Below are positions 19,555 through 29,821 of a stretch of 64,000 nucleotides of DNA, piece after piece. The notes under the pieces were generated by a model, which did not search any database, had not been told where the DNA came from, and worked only from the letters and a program-made list of their open reading frames with translations. Origin of the DNA: an uncultured archaeon (GTDB taxonomy: Archaea > Asgardarchaeota > Lokiarchaeia > Sigyniarchaeales > SOKP01); NCBI GenBank assembly GCA_964486045.1, contig CAZALK010000005.1, positions 64,001-128,000 on the forward strand. The letters run 5' to 3'. How positions within the stretch are numbered: position 1 is the first letter of the stretch; each line of letters starts with the position of its first letter. The translations under genes and the position numbers were made by a program.

Positions 19555-19788
19555 ATGAAGAGAAAAATTGATTTAACTTTTTTTGTGGGTATTACGTTAT
19601 TTTTGTTTGGATCAATTTCAGCCTCATATGGAATTATAACCGTAATTATAAAGCTGTTCTTTGGCAATGCAGGCTTTATTGTTTACGTTAAGGATGAACT
19701 TTATGATCTAGTTTTCCTACTTCTTGGATTACTATTAATTAGGAGGAATAAGAATATTTATTTTCGATCAAATCAAATTAAAAGATAA
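19555..19788 (+). CDS. Small two-TM membrane protein
   Basis: 77-aa ORF with GGGT SD and two hydrophobic segments. Confidence 0.6.
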   Translation: MKRKIDLTFFVGITLFLFGSISASYGIITVIIKLFFGNAGFIVYVKDELYDLVFLLLGLLLIRRNKNIYFRSNQIKR

Positions 19789-19898
19789 TTGCTAAAATAG
19801 CCATTATTTTGGGATCAGTTCAATCACCCCCTGTTTTACATTTCCCCGTGGTGCCTCTCATAAATAAATGCTAATAAATTATAACTTCTAGATTAGCA

Positions 19899-19969
19899 GT
19901 GATGTATTTATCTTGAATAAATAGTTGTTTTATTAAATTTTATTGATAAATATTTCTGTAATGAGCAAT
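19899..19969. repeat. Degenerate direct repeat A, copy 2
   Basis: Matches 19352..19422 at an offset of 547 bp; preceded by CCCCGTGGTGCCTC at 19844. Confidence 0.8.
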
Positions 19970-20192
19970 CTACCTAGCTGGATATGCCTGACCTTTAAAC
20001 AAGAAACAAATCGATGAAGGGCCAACTAACTGCATTAAAATGAAATCATCACCAAATTTAGCACGATCAAGCCCTTTAGTGAAACTAAAAGAATTTGAAG
20101 AGTTAATTAGTGATTAAAGTTTCAATAAATAATATTTAAAAATTTAATCATTATCTTTATAATAATATCAATCAATAAATAGGAAAATTAAA

Positions 20193-20582
20193 ATGAAAGA
20201 TTTAACAGTTCTTTTGGAAAACGTTCCAGGTAAGCTTGCAGACCTGGGGGAAACTCTTGGGAAAAATAACATAAATATGGAAGGATTATGTGGATTTCCG
20301 TTAAAAGAGGAAGGCTTTTTGATGCATATTTTAGTAGAAGATGAGACCGAAACTCGTCAAGTACTCGAAAAAGCTGGTTTTCAAATTCATTCTGCACATG
20401 AAGTAATAGTTCTGACAGGACAACCAGGGAGAAATCCCATATTAGAATCAGGAACAGCTGGGAGAGTCGCTCGCAAAATAGGTGATGTTGGCGTTAATAT
20501 TGATCTAATGTATTTTGCAGGGCTTAACAGACTTATAATTGGCGTAGACGATTATGAAAAAGCTAAGTCTGTTTTGGAGTGA
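20193..20582 (+). CDS. ACT-domain (amino acid-binding) protein
   Basis: LENVPGKLADLGETLGKNNINMEG and a second ACT repeat (VARKIGDVGVNIDLMY). Confidence 0.85.
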   Translation: MKDLTVLLENVPGKLADLGETLGKNNINMEGLCGFPLKEEGFLMHILVEDETETRQVLEKAGFQIHSAHEVIVLTGQPGRNPILESGTAGRVARKIGDVGVNIDLMYFAGLNRLIIGVDDYEKAKSVLE

Positions 20583-20591
20583 AAATTTAAA

Positions 20592-20840
20592 CTAGTTTTT
20601 AATTTCTTTTTTTTTTAGAGACACAAAGATATGGTAGGCATCCCAAATTTCAAAAATATTAAGGTAGTGCATAAACCTAAATTTTTTTCTGTTATCAAGA
20701 ATTTGGCATCTAAGTCTCTCTTCTGTCGTGAGGTCGTCTCTTTTTTCGAATTCAATCATTAAGCGTAGTGCTTCTTCTTCTTTCCCTTCATTTAGGAGTC
20801 GATATCCTCGCTGGATCTCTTCTGGTATTGAACCATTCAT
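20592..20840 (-). pseudogene. N-terminal remnant of a TPR protein
   Basis: PEEIQRGYRLLNEGKEEEALRL..EERLRCQIL is a TPR-like start that degenerates after about 48 aa. Confidence 0.5.
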
Positions 20841-20935
20841 GTTGTTGAAAGTCTATTTAATTACTTTTTATAAAAATTCTATGTTTAAATGTTCTTTTTT
20901 TAATCCAGGATATATATGAGGAACTTTAATTGGAA

Positions 20936-21400
20936 TTAATCTAATTGAGGTGATATAATAGTTTTTTTCCTGAAAATATAGCTCTTAATAACTTGGCTCC
21001 CAACAGCACCACCTATTGCTCCACCTAAAATAGTCGGAAGTGACTGACTTACGAAGAAAATTATTGGAATGAAGATAATTGGATATCTTAAAGTCATAGC
21101 TAATACCATTCCTATTACACCACTTAACACTCCTCGTTTCATATTTTCATTAAGTAAACCAGCAGTAGTTCCACCTATAAATCCAAATAAAAAATAGGAA
21201 AAAAAAGATATAAGATCAAAGGAAAAAGTGAAACCAATGTAAAAATTAACAGAAATCATTTCATATAAAATTGCAGAGCCAAAAATACCAAGTATAAGAT
21301 TTTTATCATAAGATCTTCGATAAACACCATAAAGAAGTAAGACAATAAAAACTATGCAAACTGGAATAATGAGAAGAAAATCCAAGGACATTGTTGTCAT
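20936..21400 (-). CDS. Membrane protein with GxxxG-rich helices
   Basis: About 5 hydrophobic segments, ILGGAIGGAVG. Confidence 0.7.
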   Translation of the reverse strand: MTTMSLDFLLIIPVCIVFIVLLLYGVYRRSYDKNLILGIFGSAILYEMISVNFYIGFTFSFDLISFFSYFLFGFIGGTTAGLLNENMKRGVLSGVIGMVLAMTLRYPIIFIPIIFFVSQSLPTILGGAIGGAVGSQVIKSYIFRKKTIISPQLD

Positions 21401-21692
21401 TTTTGAGATTAAAGATTACCGTGAGATTTCTTTAATTAAAAGCTGGAATTAATCATTATTATTTAAAGGTTATTAATGCATATTGTATAACTCGTCTTTT
21501 GAAATCAAATAGCAAATCGATATATTTGAACTCTTTAAACCGATTTAAGTTAACCGCCAAAATTTTGAAAAAAGTACTCTTATTAAAGAGTTCAGACAAA
21601 ATCATAATTAAATTTGACAATTTTATCTATATTAAGCTTTTTTATTACTAGAATCAAATTTTTCTAAATCTTGTATAGCATTATCCAACCGC

Positions 21693-21801
21693 CAAATAAC
21701 CAATGGAAACAAATTTCGCACTCTAAATTCCTACAAAATATTCATTTACTTTAATGTGAAGATACCCCCAGACATATATATCTTAAAAAATAATTATAAA
21801 T
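21693..21801. repeat. 109-bp direct repeat B, left copy
   Basis: 105/109 identical to 27382..27490; last 83 bp identical. Confidence 0.95.
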
Positions 21802-22155
21802 TTGATTTTGGGTTGGAAACGTAAATTCAGAGTCTGATTTCAATGGAAGTTCATTTGAAATATTAATAGAATCAAATTTTTCTTTTACTTAAACTGCATG
21901 GAGTTGAGTGTTCAAATTTATATGAGATTCGCAATTTACCACATTACAGTAATTTCACACTTAGTATATATCATATTATTGCGAAATTAGAAATTGATAG
22001 AATAATTTATTACCGGATTTGTTGGTTTCAAAATTTTCTAAAGCAGGACTCACAAAAGTATTGATTTAGCTTAATAGCATTTTTGATAAACTCACTACTT
22101 TATTAACCTATTTAAACTATTTATGATAATAAATTAAGAGTATTAAAGACATAAA

Positions 22156-22767
22156 ATGCAAATTGAGAAATCGATATTAAAGGATCTAAAGAAAAAAATA
22201 CAAATTTTCTTCCAAAAATTAAGAGGATTGAAAAAAAATCAAAAAATCGGGATTTCAATAATGATTATGGGTGTTTTTGTCATAATCGGGGGATCTATTT
22301 TTGTTTCTTTAATAGACTCAGCAAGAATTTGGGGTGCTAAATTTTCTTATGAAGATGGACAAATTAAGTTAGAAAATGAATATTTGACAATCCTACGAAA
22401 TGATTTAATTCAAAATAAATATGATGTTATCATTACCGCATCTTTTGTTTTTTGGGGTAGCTATGTCCAAGGGGAAATAATATTTACACACTTAGCAACG
22501 AATATTAGTTACATTTTTAATTACTATTTAACCCCGGGTTTATATATTGGAGAAGTGAGTACAAGTAAAACCTTCATAATGATTCCTGGACGTTATCAAG
22601 TTATGGGAGCAGATCAAGGAGATGAGTTATGGGAGCATGGATTTATCCCTCGGAGCCTTGAATGGCTTATCTATATTGGAATTATTATACCCTCTATACT
22701 TATTGGAATATTAGGTTACAAAAGAACCCAATACACACCTTCATTTTTAAGAATTGTAAGTGGATAA
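22156..22767 (+). CDS. Membrane protein (two TM helices flanking an extracellular beta domain)
   Basis: 203-aa ORF, hydrophobic segments near both ends. Confidence 0.65.
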   Translation: MQIEKSILKDLKKKIQIFFQKLRGLKKNQKIGISIMIMGVFVIIGGSIFVSLIDSARIWGAKFSYEDGQIKLENEYLTILRNDLIQNKYDVIITASFVFWGSYVQGEIIFTHLATNISYIFNYYLTPGLYIGEVSTSKTFIMIPGRYQVMGADQGDELWEHGFIPRSLEWLIYIGIIIPSILIGILGYKRTQYTPSFLRIVSG

Positions 22768-22788
22768 ATAAAACGTTCGAGATTTAAG

Positions 22789-23655
22789 TTAACTATATCT
22801 AAGCAACCTTTCTTTTCTATTTAAAGCAATAAAATTTGTAGGATCAATTTCTAATGCTGTTTCATAACATTCAATTGCTTCTTTTATTTTTCCCATTTTT
22901 TTCAGAATATCTCCCATACAATTCAACATTCTTAGATTATTAGGTTCTATTTCTAAAGCGCTGATAATAAAATTCAATGCCATTATATTGTCCCCTCTAA
23001 TGCGTTCATTTATTGCCCCTACGTAAAATTCTTTAGCATTGTTTGGCATATCGTTTGGCGTTTGTTCTATTGGAGGATTTTGAGATTGGTTTGAGTTAAT
23101 TATTTCATCCACATTCGATATAACGTTGTTTGTTTGTTCTATTGGATGATTTTGAGGTTGGTGTAAGTTAATTACTTCATCCATATTCATCCATTCTTGC
23201 TGGAGAATCCATTTTGAAGCATTTTGAGGTTTAACATAAAAAGATCTGTTTCTTTTTCTGAATTTCATATAGGAGTTTGGATTAATTTTCCGGCCAGATA
23301 TCCTACCATATATTAACAAACCAAATGCAATGATTAAAACTGTTATGAAAGCAATGCTACCTCCTAAATTAAAAGAAGGGAAAATCGAAGAAATTAAACC
23401 AAAAACACCAATTACAAACAATATTAAAGAAATGCAAATGTAAGCTGCCATTTTTGAGTTATATTTGCGAAATCCCTTTTGACATCTAAAACATACAGGA
23501 AAAGTTGTAGAAAAAGTAGTAATTTGTTTCCATCCTCTCGATGATATTTTACTGCCTCCAGTTTGAATGTTTTTGGAGAAATTATAAGGAGAAATATATT
23601 CTGAGGAGCCACATTTTACACATCTCAATTTATCAAACACCTTTAATATTTTCAA
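22789..23655 (-). CDS. Zn-ribbon, two-TM and TPR protein
   Basis: CVKC and CFRC pairs, two TM helices, 24-aa internal duplication, C-terminal TPR (MGKIKEAIECYETALEIDP). Confidence 0.75.
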   Translation of the reverse strand: MKILKVFDKLRCVKCGSSEYISPYNFSKNIQTGGSKISSRGWKQITTFSTTFPVCFRCQKGFRKYNSKMAAYICISLILFVIGVFGLISSIFPSFNLGGSIAFITVLIIAFGLLIYGRISGRKINPNSYMKFRKRNRSFYVKPQNASKWILQQEWMNMDEVINLHQPQNHPIEQTNNVISNVDEIINSNQSQNPPIEQTPNDMPNNAKEFYVGAINERIRGDNIMALNFIISALEIEPNNLRMLNCMGDILKKMGKIKEAIECYETALEIDPTNFIALNRKERLLRYS

Positions 23656-23700
23656 ATTTAATAATATATTTATTTTTAGATAAGGTTGAAAAATTAATAT

Positions 23701-24621
23701 TTAATGATTTTTATTTTGTTTTAATAGCCTTTTATTTAATTTTTTTTCTTGCTTTTCTACGGTCTTTTTTATAGTTCTTAATCTACCTACTAGATTATTT
23801 TCATAACTTTGGAAAAACAGAGAACTATGCTTTTGGTTAGGGGGATTTGGTAAATTTCTTAATTTCAGCAAAGAAATAACTTTCCCTTCATTATTTATTC
23901 TGCTTTTAAGATATCCTATGTTACCCAATTTAAATATATGTAATTCTAATACCTCATTCAATAATTTTAAATATTCTTTTTTGTAAATGTTCTTTACTCT
24001 TTTCGTTTGTTCGTTATTCATATCAAGCTCAACCTCTTGAATATCTTGAGCAGAGTGGGTTAATTTAGACATGGGCTGATCATAGCTTGACTTTAAAATT
24101 GATTTATTAACACGCCAGAGTGGTGAATTTTCCTTAAGTTGCTTATTTTTATTTTCTTGAATGAATGTTATCATAACTTCTAAATTATTAATAATAAGTG
24201 GATATATTATTTTGTAGAACTCTTTCTGACGTTTATTAAATTCATTTTCGATTTCAATTTTTGGATCTGAAATAATTTTGATTCTGTAGATAACTGGAGA
24301 TTGAGTCCAAATATCTATGTGTAATATATCGAAACTTGCAGTAGATATAGATTTAATATTAAGTGGGGTATTATAAGTTGGAAGTTGTTCCGTAGGCTCT
24401 TCCTTATCCAATAAATTTCCATATGGACGGCAAAAATAAGCTAAGCCATTTTCTGTTAATAAAAGATGGGAAATATATGTAACCGGATATTTATCCCCTG
24501 GGGACTTTTTATAGGTTATATTACACAACGTACTATATAGTATTTCTTCATTTGGGGGGATGAATTTTATCAAATTTGAAGAATCTGTAGGGACATATAT
24601 GTTGTTCATTGAAATTTGCAT
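23701..24621 (-). CDS. Hypothetical protein
   Basis: 306-aa ORF; N-terminal EEILYSTLC..HLLLTENGLAY is suggestive of a PH-like start. Confidence 0.6.
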   Translation of the reverse strand: MQISMNNIYVPTDSSNLIKFIPPNEEILYSTLCNITYKKSPGDKYPVTYISHLLLTENGLAYFCRPYGNLLDKEEPTEQLPTYNTPLNIKSISTASFDILHIDIWTQSPVIYRIKIISDPKIEIENEFNKRQKEFYKIIYPLIINNLEVMITFIQENKNKQLKENSPLWRVNKSILKSSYDQPMSKLTHSAQDIQEVELDMNNEQTKRVKNIYKKEYLKLLNEVLELHIFKLGNIGYLKSRINNEGKVISLLKLRNLPNPPNQKHSSLFFQSYENNLVGRLRTIKKTVEKQEKKLNKRLLKQNKNH

Positions 24622-25134
24622 TCTGTTATTTTTTTTTATTAAAAGTAAAATAATATAGAAATAATAATCTGAGAATAATTTTAATCTTTAAATTATCTTA
24701 AATCAGACTAACATATATTAATTTTATTATTAGGGTTTTTTTGCAGACTTTTTCTTATCGCAAAATTACCCATGAAATTCTTTTACTTTCTATTTTTTAT
24801 TCCTAAATTTACGAAATATTTTTATTATTATACCTCCCTCCCCCGTGGTGCCTCCTCCTAAAAAAGTAGGTGTAGAATGACATTAAAATATTCTAACAAT
24901 TAATTATTCCAGATTATCTTTTTAAAAAGGTATTAAGAGACAATTAACAAACTTTTTATGAGCGCTTGGTTAAGGTTGATTTATTAGATGGTGAAACTTA
25001 TGGTAGAAAAGGAAAATCACTCCAACAAATTAATAAGACTAGAATTTGCATTAAGTTAATAGGGGAGATTTAACATAAATCCCACAATTCTAATCAACTG
25101 ATTTATAATAGTATAAAAAAAGAATAGAATCTAT

Positions 25135-26325
25135 ATGCAGAATATAGTCGACAAATTTATTTCTGAAAAGAATGAAAAAGGTATCATTTTAGAACTTTAT
25201 GAAAAAGGTCTCAAGCAGAAAGAAATCGAACAGTTCATTATAGACAAGTTTAAACCCTTCTTAAAAAATAAATCTATTTTGAGAGTGCAGATGCTTGCTT
25301 ATTTACCTCAATATATTGATTCACTTCTCTATGTCTTATCTGACAATGTAAATAAACAGTTATTTGAGAGTTGTCTTGAAGTTTTTTGGAAAGCAAAAAT
25401 GGAAGATTCAATTAATTGTTATAATTCATATCAATATTGGCAAGATGATGTTATAGCAGCAACCTCAAAGATAATCTCCTTAATAACTCTAGACCAAGAT
25501 CGGAGTCAAATGAACTTACATGAATTTTCGGAAGATGTATTCACAAAAATCGGAAAAATTATAGAAGCATGCATTCAACCTTATTTAAGAATTCTAGTAT
25601 ATTTAGAAGAGATAATAAATAAAAGAAAACCTTCAAAATTGGACATCAACAAGTTAGATTTAGGAGAACTAGTTAACAAACTAATTAAGTATAAGGTTAT
25701 AAATAAAATTCTTATTCCTCATCCTTGGAATTTAAAATTAAATGATTGGAGAAATATTCCCAAGCATGATAAGTATTCAGTTAAAGATAATAAGATCCTT
25801 TGCAGGTATAAAAAACCCCCAAAAGAGAAAAAGATAAGTTTGCTTAAACCTGAATTATGGTATTTATTTTTAAGCATAAATGATATTTTCTGTATTCTAA
25901 GATTGGCTCATTCGCTTTTCTTCTTAGATAATGTTGATGAAATTCAACCGTATTGGAAAAATAAACAATTAAGAGAAGAATCTGCTATATTAGAGCAAAT
26001 TTCCTTATTTAATATGTTTGGATTCTCCATAGAAAAATATTCAATCGAAAATGATAAGGCAAAATTCAATTTGAAAGATGAAACAGTATTGAAACCTAAA
26101 ATGAGATTGAAACATTTATTATTCCTCATTAGACCAACTTGGTATAAAATTCGTAAAAAATTCATAATTTTAGAGTATAGTGATTCTCAGGATTGTCCAA
26201 TTTTTCGGATTGAGGTTGACACTTCAAAAAGAGAAGATATTTTTTCATTGAATGTCGATGAGGAACTCCTTACTATTGAAAATATTGAAGAATGTATTAA
26301 TTTGACTTATTTAAAAGATATATAG
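25135..26325 (+). CDS. Hypothetical protein with a HEPN-like Rx4H motif
   Basis: LDLGELVNKL followed by NDWRNIPKH. Confidence 0.55.
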   Translation: MQNIVDKFISEKNEKGIILELYEKGLKQKEIEQFIIDKFKPFLKNKSILRVQMLAYLPQYIDSLLYVLSDNVNKQLFESCLEVFWKAKMEDSINCYNSYQYWQDDVIAATSKIISLITLDQDRSQMNLHEFSEDVFTKIGKIIEACIQPYLRILVYLEEIINKRKPSKLDINKLDLGELVNKLIKYKVINKILIPHPWNLKLNDWRNIPKHDKYSVKDNKILCRYKKPPKEKKISLLKPELWYLFLSINDIFCILRLAHSLFFLDNVDEIQPYWKNKQLREESAILEQISLFNMFGFSIEKYSIENDKAKFNLKDETVLKPKMRLKHLLFLIRPTWYKIRKKFIILEYSDSQDCPIFRIEVDTSKREDIFSLNVDEELLTIENIEECINLTYLKDI

Positions 26326-26513
26326 AAGAAGAATATATTGAGTGAGTATTATATGAAAGTTATTAATTCATTTCTTCTGGCTTTAGGTGGTAAAAGATAG
26401 ATAAAAGGAAAACAACAAAAACTTAGAAAAGTAAAAAATAATTACAAATCCTAATAATGAAATAGCAAATCGATATATAAAATATATTAGAAACTGGATA
26501 TATAATACAGTAT

Positions 26514-27287
26514 ATGAGCATAGAATCTAAATTAGCAGGTATTAAAATATATTATTCAACACATATCACTTTTATTTTAGAAACTGTAATATCCACTATG
26601 CAATTTTGGGGTTATAATACTACTTTTATGGGAGATGGTTCAATAAAAGCTATAAAAGATAGATTTAAACACTTTAATTTCCATTCTCAAGAACCTAAGC
26701 AAGAAATATTCCCTAAAAATAAATTAGAAAAAATTGATTATCAGATAAATCAAAAACCAGAAACTATAAGGGCTCATATACTAAAGATGGGATTAATTTA
26801 TTTTTTTTCTCTATTTGAAGCATTTAATAAAGATTATTTTCAAGAAATATATCTTTTCAAACCAGATCTAATGAAAAGTAAGAAAAAGAAAGTAGATTTA
26901 GAATATTTACTACAATTCAAAAATTTTAAAGATTTACACAGATCTCTATCTCAAAATCTAATTGAGAGATTTGGCCATCTAGATATTGATAAACTTGCAA
27001 GATTATTCCTCAAGAAATTTAATATAGATCTAAAAAATAATTTAGAATGTTGGTCAAATCTGCGAGAAAGCTATTATAGAAGAAATATCATAGTTCACAA
27101 TGATGGGAAAATATCTGAAACATACTTAAAGAAATTGTCGTTAGGAGAAGATCAACTTAACGTAGAAATTAACTGTGATATTGAATATTTTTGGAAAGCC
27201 CACTACGATATTCACTCATACATGGATTTTATTGATGATTCAATAAGAAAAAAATTTAATCTGAAGAGTCTCATTGAATCTTTATAA
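26514..27287 (+). CDS. HEPN-domain protein
   Basis: SLFEAF helix and YRRNIIVHNDG (Rx4H) motif. Confidence 0.65.
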   Translation: MSIESKLAGIKIYYSTHITFILETVISTMQFWGYNTTFMGDGSIKAIKDRFKHFNFHSQEPKQEIFPKNKLEKIDYQINQKPETIRAHILKMGLIYFFSLFEAFNKDYFQEIYLFKPDLMKSKKKKVDLEYLLQFKNFKDLHRSLSQNLIERFGHLDIDKLARLFLKKFNIDLKNNLECWSNLRESYYRRNIIVHNDGKISETYLKKLSLGEDQLNVEINCDIEYFWKAHYDIHSYMDFIDDSIRKKFNLKSLIESL

Positions 27288-27381
27288 AGATTTTTGCTAA
27301 GTTTGAATTAATGATCCACTTATTCTTTTCTTATCCTACAAACTTCAATTTCTAAAACTTTTAAATTGTTTACATATCCTT

Positions 27382-27490
27382 CAAATAATCAATAGAACCA
27401 AATTTCACACTCTAAATTCCTACAAAATATTCATTTACTTTAATGTGAAGATACCCCCAGACATATATATCTTAAAAAATAATTATAAAT
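27382..27490. repeat. 109-bp direct repeat B, right copy (upstream region of the MoaD/ThiS gene)
   Basis: Matches 21693..21801 and ends in a TTATAAAT TATA-like box. Confidence 0.95.
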
Positions 27491-27530
27491 AGGATCAAGA
27501 TAATAATATTATTAATTAAAAATTTGATAG

Positions 27531-27749
27531 GTGGTTATCATAAAACAAATATCAGAATTGTTAGACACCGGGCTATATGAAACTTTTACGCCCGAGAGAG
27601 AAATGTTGGTCGCTGATCTGCTAAAGGAGTTGAATCTGGAAGATAAGTACTTCGGTATCCTTGTCGACGGAAAGAAAGCAGAGCCAAGCACACGCATTAA
27701 CCCCGAGAGCGAGATAGTTATACTTCCACACATCGCGGGCGGGCTTTAG
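27531..27749 (+). CDS. MoaD/ThiS (SAMP-like) beta-grasp ubiquitin-like protein
   Basis: VADLLKEL..ILVDGK..EIVILPHIAGG plus an extra C-terminal Leu. Confidence 0.85.
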   Translation: MVIIKQISELLDTGLYETFTPEREMLVADLLKELNLEDKYFGILVDGKKAEPSTRINPESEIVILPHIAGGL

Positions 27750-28065
27750 ATCTAAATTTTTTTTATTCTCTTTATTTTTATTATACTTAAGCTTAATAGA
27801 TTAGCAAAAGATTATCTGATTCAATTCGTAGGTAATTCTCCTCGATTATAACGACGTGAATAGATATTTTAAGGACTTACTTAGAATTCTAAATTAATCA
27901 TTAAATTAGCCTAATTAACGGCAATTATAAAAATATTTTTACTTCCAGAAATAAAAAAAAGATAAGATTCGATAACAATCGCAAAACTAGGTCTTACTAA
28001 TTACTACCTACTACTTATTAAATAATATTATTTTTTATTGATTTGTAACAAATAGAAGCTTAAGC

Positions 28066-28320
28066 CTAATATCGAGAATCTCGTGCTTGGTAAGGAGCGG
28101 CTTCAGTTACTACTACTTTACTCGCAGCAGAACCTTTATCACCCTGAGTGATCTCAAATTCTACTTTATCGTTTTCATTTAGCGTAGCAAATTCATCACC
28201 TTTCTTAACAATGGCAGAGTGATGAACGAATATATCTCCTTCTTCTTCAGTTGCTATAAATCCATAACCTTTACGGTTATTAAACCATTTAACTGTACCT
28301 TCGGTCAATTTTAAAACCAA
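28066..28320 (-). CDS. cspA: Cold-shock domain protein
   Basis: GTVKWFN, KGYGFI and DIFVHHSAI; start probably TTG at 28308. Confidence 0.92.
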   Translation of the reverse strand: MVLKLTEGTVKWFNNRKGYGFIATEEEGDIFVHHSAIVKKGDEFATLNENDKVEFEITQGDKGSAASKVVVTEAAPYQARDSRY

Positions 28321-28552
28321 TTTTCAAATAAATTAAATTTTTTTATCAGTTCATGTTGAACTGTTTAAGAAAATGAATGATAGTGTAAATACATTATGTA
28401 TTTCCAATGATTTATTGGAAAATTCATTATTTATTCTATATAAATAGCTTTATATGAGCTACCATTAAAATTCTTTAATTTTTAATAATATTTTGACAAC
28501 GTTTTGAAAAAATTCTCAAGGCAAACAACTGGACATGTATGAGGTCTTTTGA

Positions 28553-29482
28553 TTATTTTGAATCTACTTTAAATTTAGATTTTAGACCCAATGCGTTTAT
28601 AAAACCGATCGATATTCCACCTAATGTCCTGAAAATTAGGGAGTCGGGTCGATTATCCTTAATTTCATTTGGAGAACGACCAAATTTATCTAGAAGAGCA
28701 GTTATTATTGAATTGAGATCGCCATTATTCTTCTGATAACTTTCAACTACTGTATCTTTGTAAGCTTTGAATACAGCTTCTGAAATTTTAAATACTTCTT
28801 GAACTTCAGGACCGGTAGCCACACCAAAATGAGCTAAACTTACAGATTTTATATTATCAATTTGGGATAACTTCTTAACAGTTTTAGAATAAGATATGTG
28901 ATTAAAATAAGGAGGATATGCAGTCGGTCGAGAAAATCCTGAACCTAGATGATGCCCCCCAATTGAATCCCCCGGGAATAAATTCATGTTTTTCCTATCC
29001 AAAATTGCAATATGCTCAGGAGTATGACCTGGAGCAGTATAAATTTCTAATTTTAAATCATCCAAACTAATAATATCCCCCTCGTCTACATATATCACCC
29101 TATTTTTTAGGTTTTGTACCAAATATTCGTGATATTCTGCTAAATCTGATTTCTCTTTTGCAAATTTTGTTTCGGGAAGTTTCTGATAAAATTCTGAAAC
29201 CACGATTTTGGCTTCAGGAAATTGAGTGGATAATCTTTTTACACCTCCAATGTGATCTAAGTGAACATGGGTCGAAAAAATATAATCAAGGTGATCGATC
29301 CCGATATTTTGAAGATAGTTTAATAAACTATCGACCTCACTACTTGTTCCTGTGTCAATTAAAACAGTTTTTCCATTATTTTCAATTACAAAGAGAGCCA
29401 TTTGTTCTTTCATATTGTAAATTAAACAATCAAACATCCATGTATTTTCATTTATTTTACAGGTTTTTCGAATAAATGGAAT
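28553..29482 (-). CDS. MBL-fold metallo-hydrolase
   Basis: IDTG, THVHLDHIGG, PGHT and AHFG motifs. Frame open to ATT 29482 after an AAGGTGA SD. Confidence 0.85.
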   Translation of the reverse strand: MPFIRKTCKINENTWMFDCLIYNMKEQMALFVIENNGKTVLIDTGTSSEVDSLLNYLQNIGIDHLDYIFSTHVHLDHIGGVKRLSTQFPEAKIVVSEFYQKLPETKFAKEKSDLAEYHEYLVQNLKNRVIYVDEGDIISLDDLKLEIYTAPGHTPEHIAILDRKNMNLFPGDSIGGHHLGSGFSRPTAYPPYFNHISYSKTVKKLSQIDNIKSVSLAHFGVATGPEVQEVFKISEAVFKAYKDTVVESYQKNNGDLNSIITALLDKFGRSPNEIKDNRPDSLIFRTLGGISIGFINALGLKSKFKVDSK

Positions 29483-29821
29483 TATAATTCACCTTGATTT
29501 TTATTTTATAAGTCTTATTTTATTGATTCAGGAATTAATCCTAATTCTTGGTTCATCGAAAATGCACGTTCCCCAATTTCTATTACCTTTTTCGATTGAA
29601 TAATTAAACGGTAATTCATTAAAAAATATTCCTATCAAGTGATTTATAATTTTGAATATATTATATCATTATAATTTACATTGCCTGAATAATTCATCCT
29701 TAGCATAGATATTAGTCTTTCTCCCTTCCAGTTTTACAGAGAGATAAGTTTTAAAGATAATCCTGGTTTCCCTTTGATGATGATTGATCTCTTGATAAAT
29801 AAAGGAATTTGTCTTAGATAA

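Larger units (their letters stand above)
21802..27490. mobile_element. Direct-repeat-bounded accessory island (about 5.7 kb, no integrase)
   Basis: Five unrelated accessory ORFs between the two copies of repeat B. Confidence 0.55.

Noticed and set aside
19844-24854. CCCCGTGGTGCCTC as a tRNA 3' end or canonical integron attC
   Set aside because: No T-loop or cloverleaf upstream and no clear RYYYAAC..GTTRRRY palindrome; kept only as an unexplained motif
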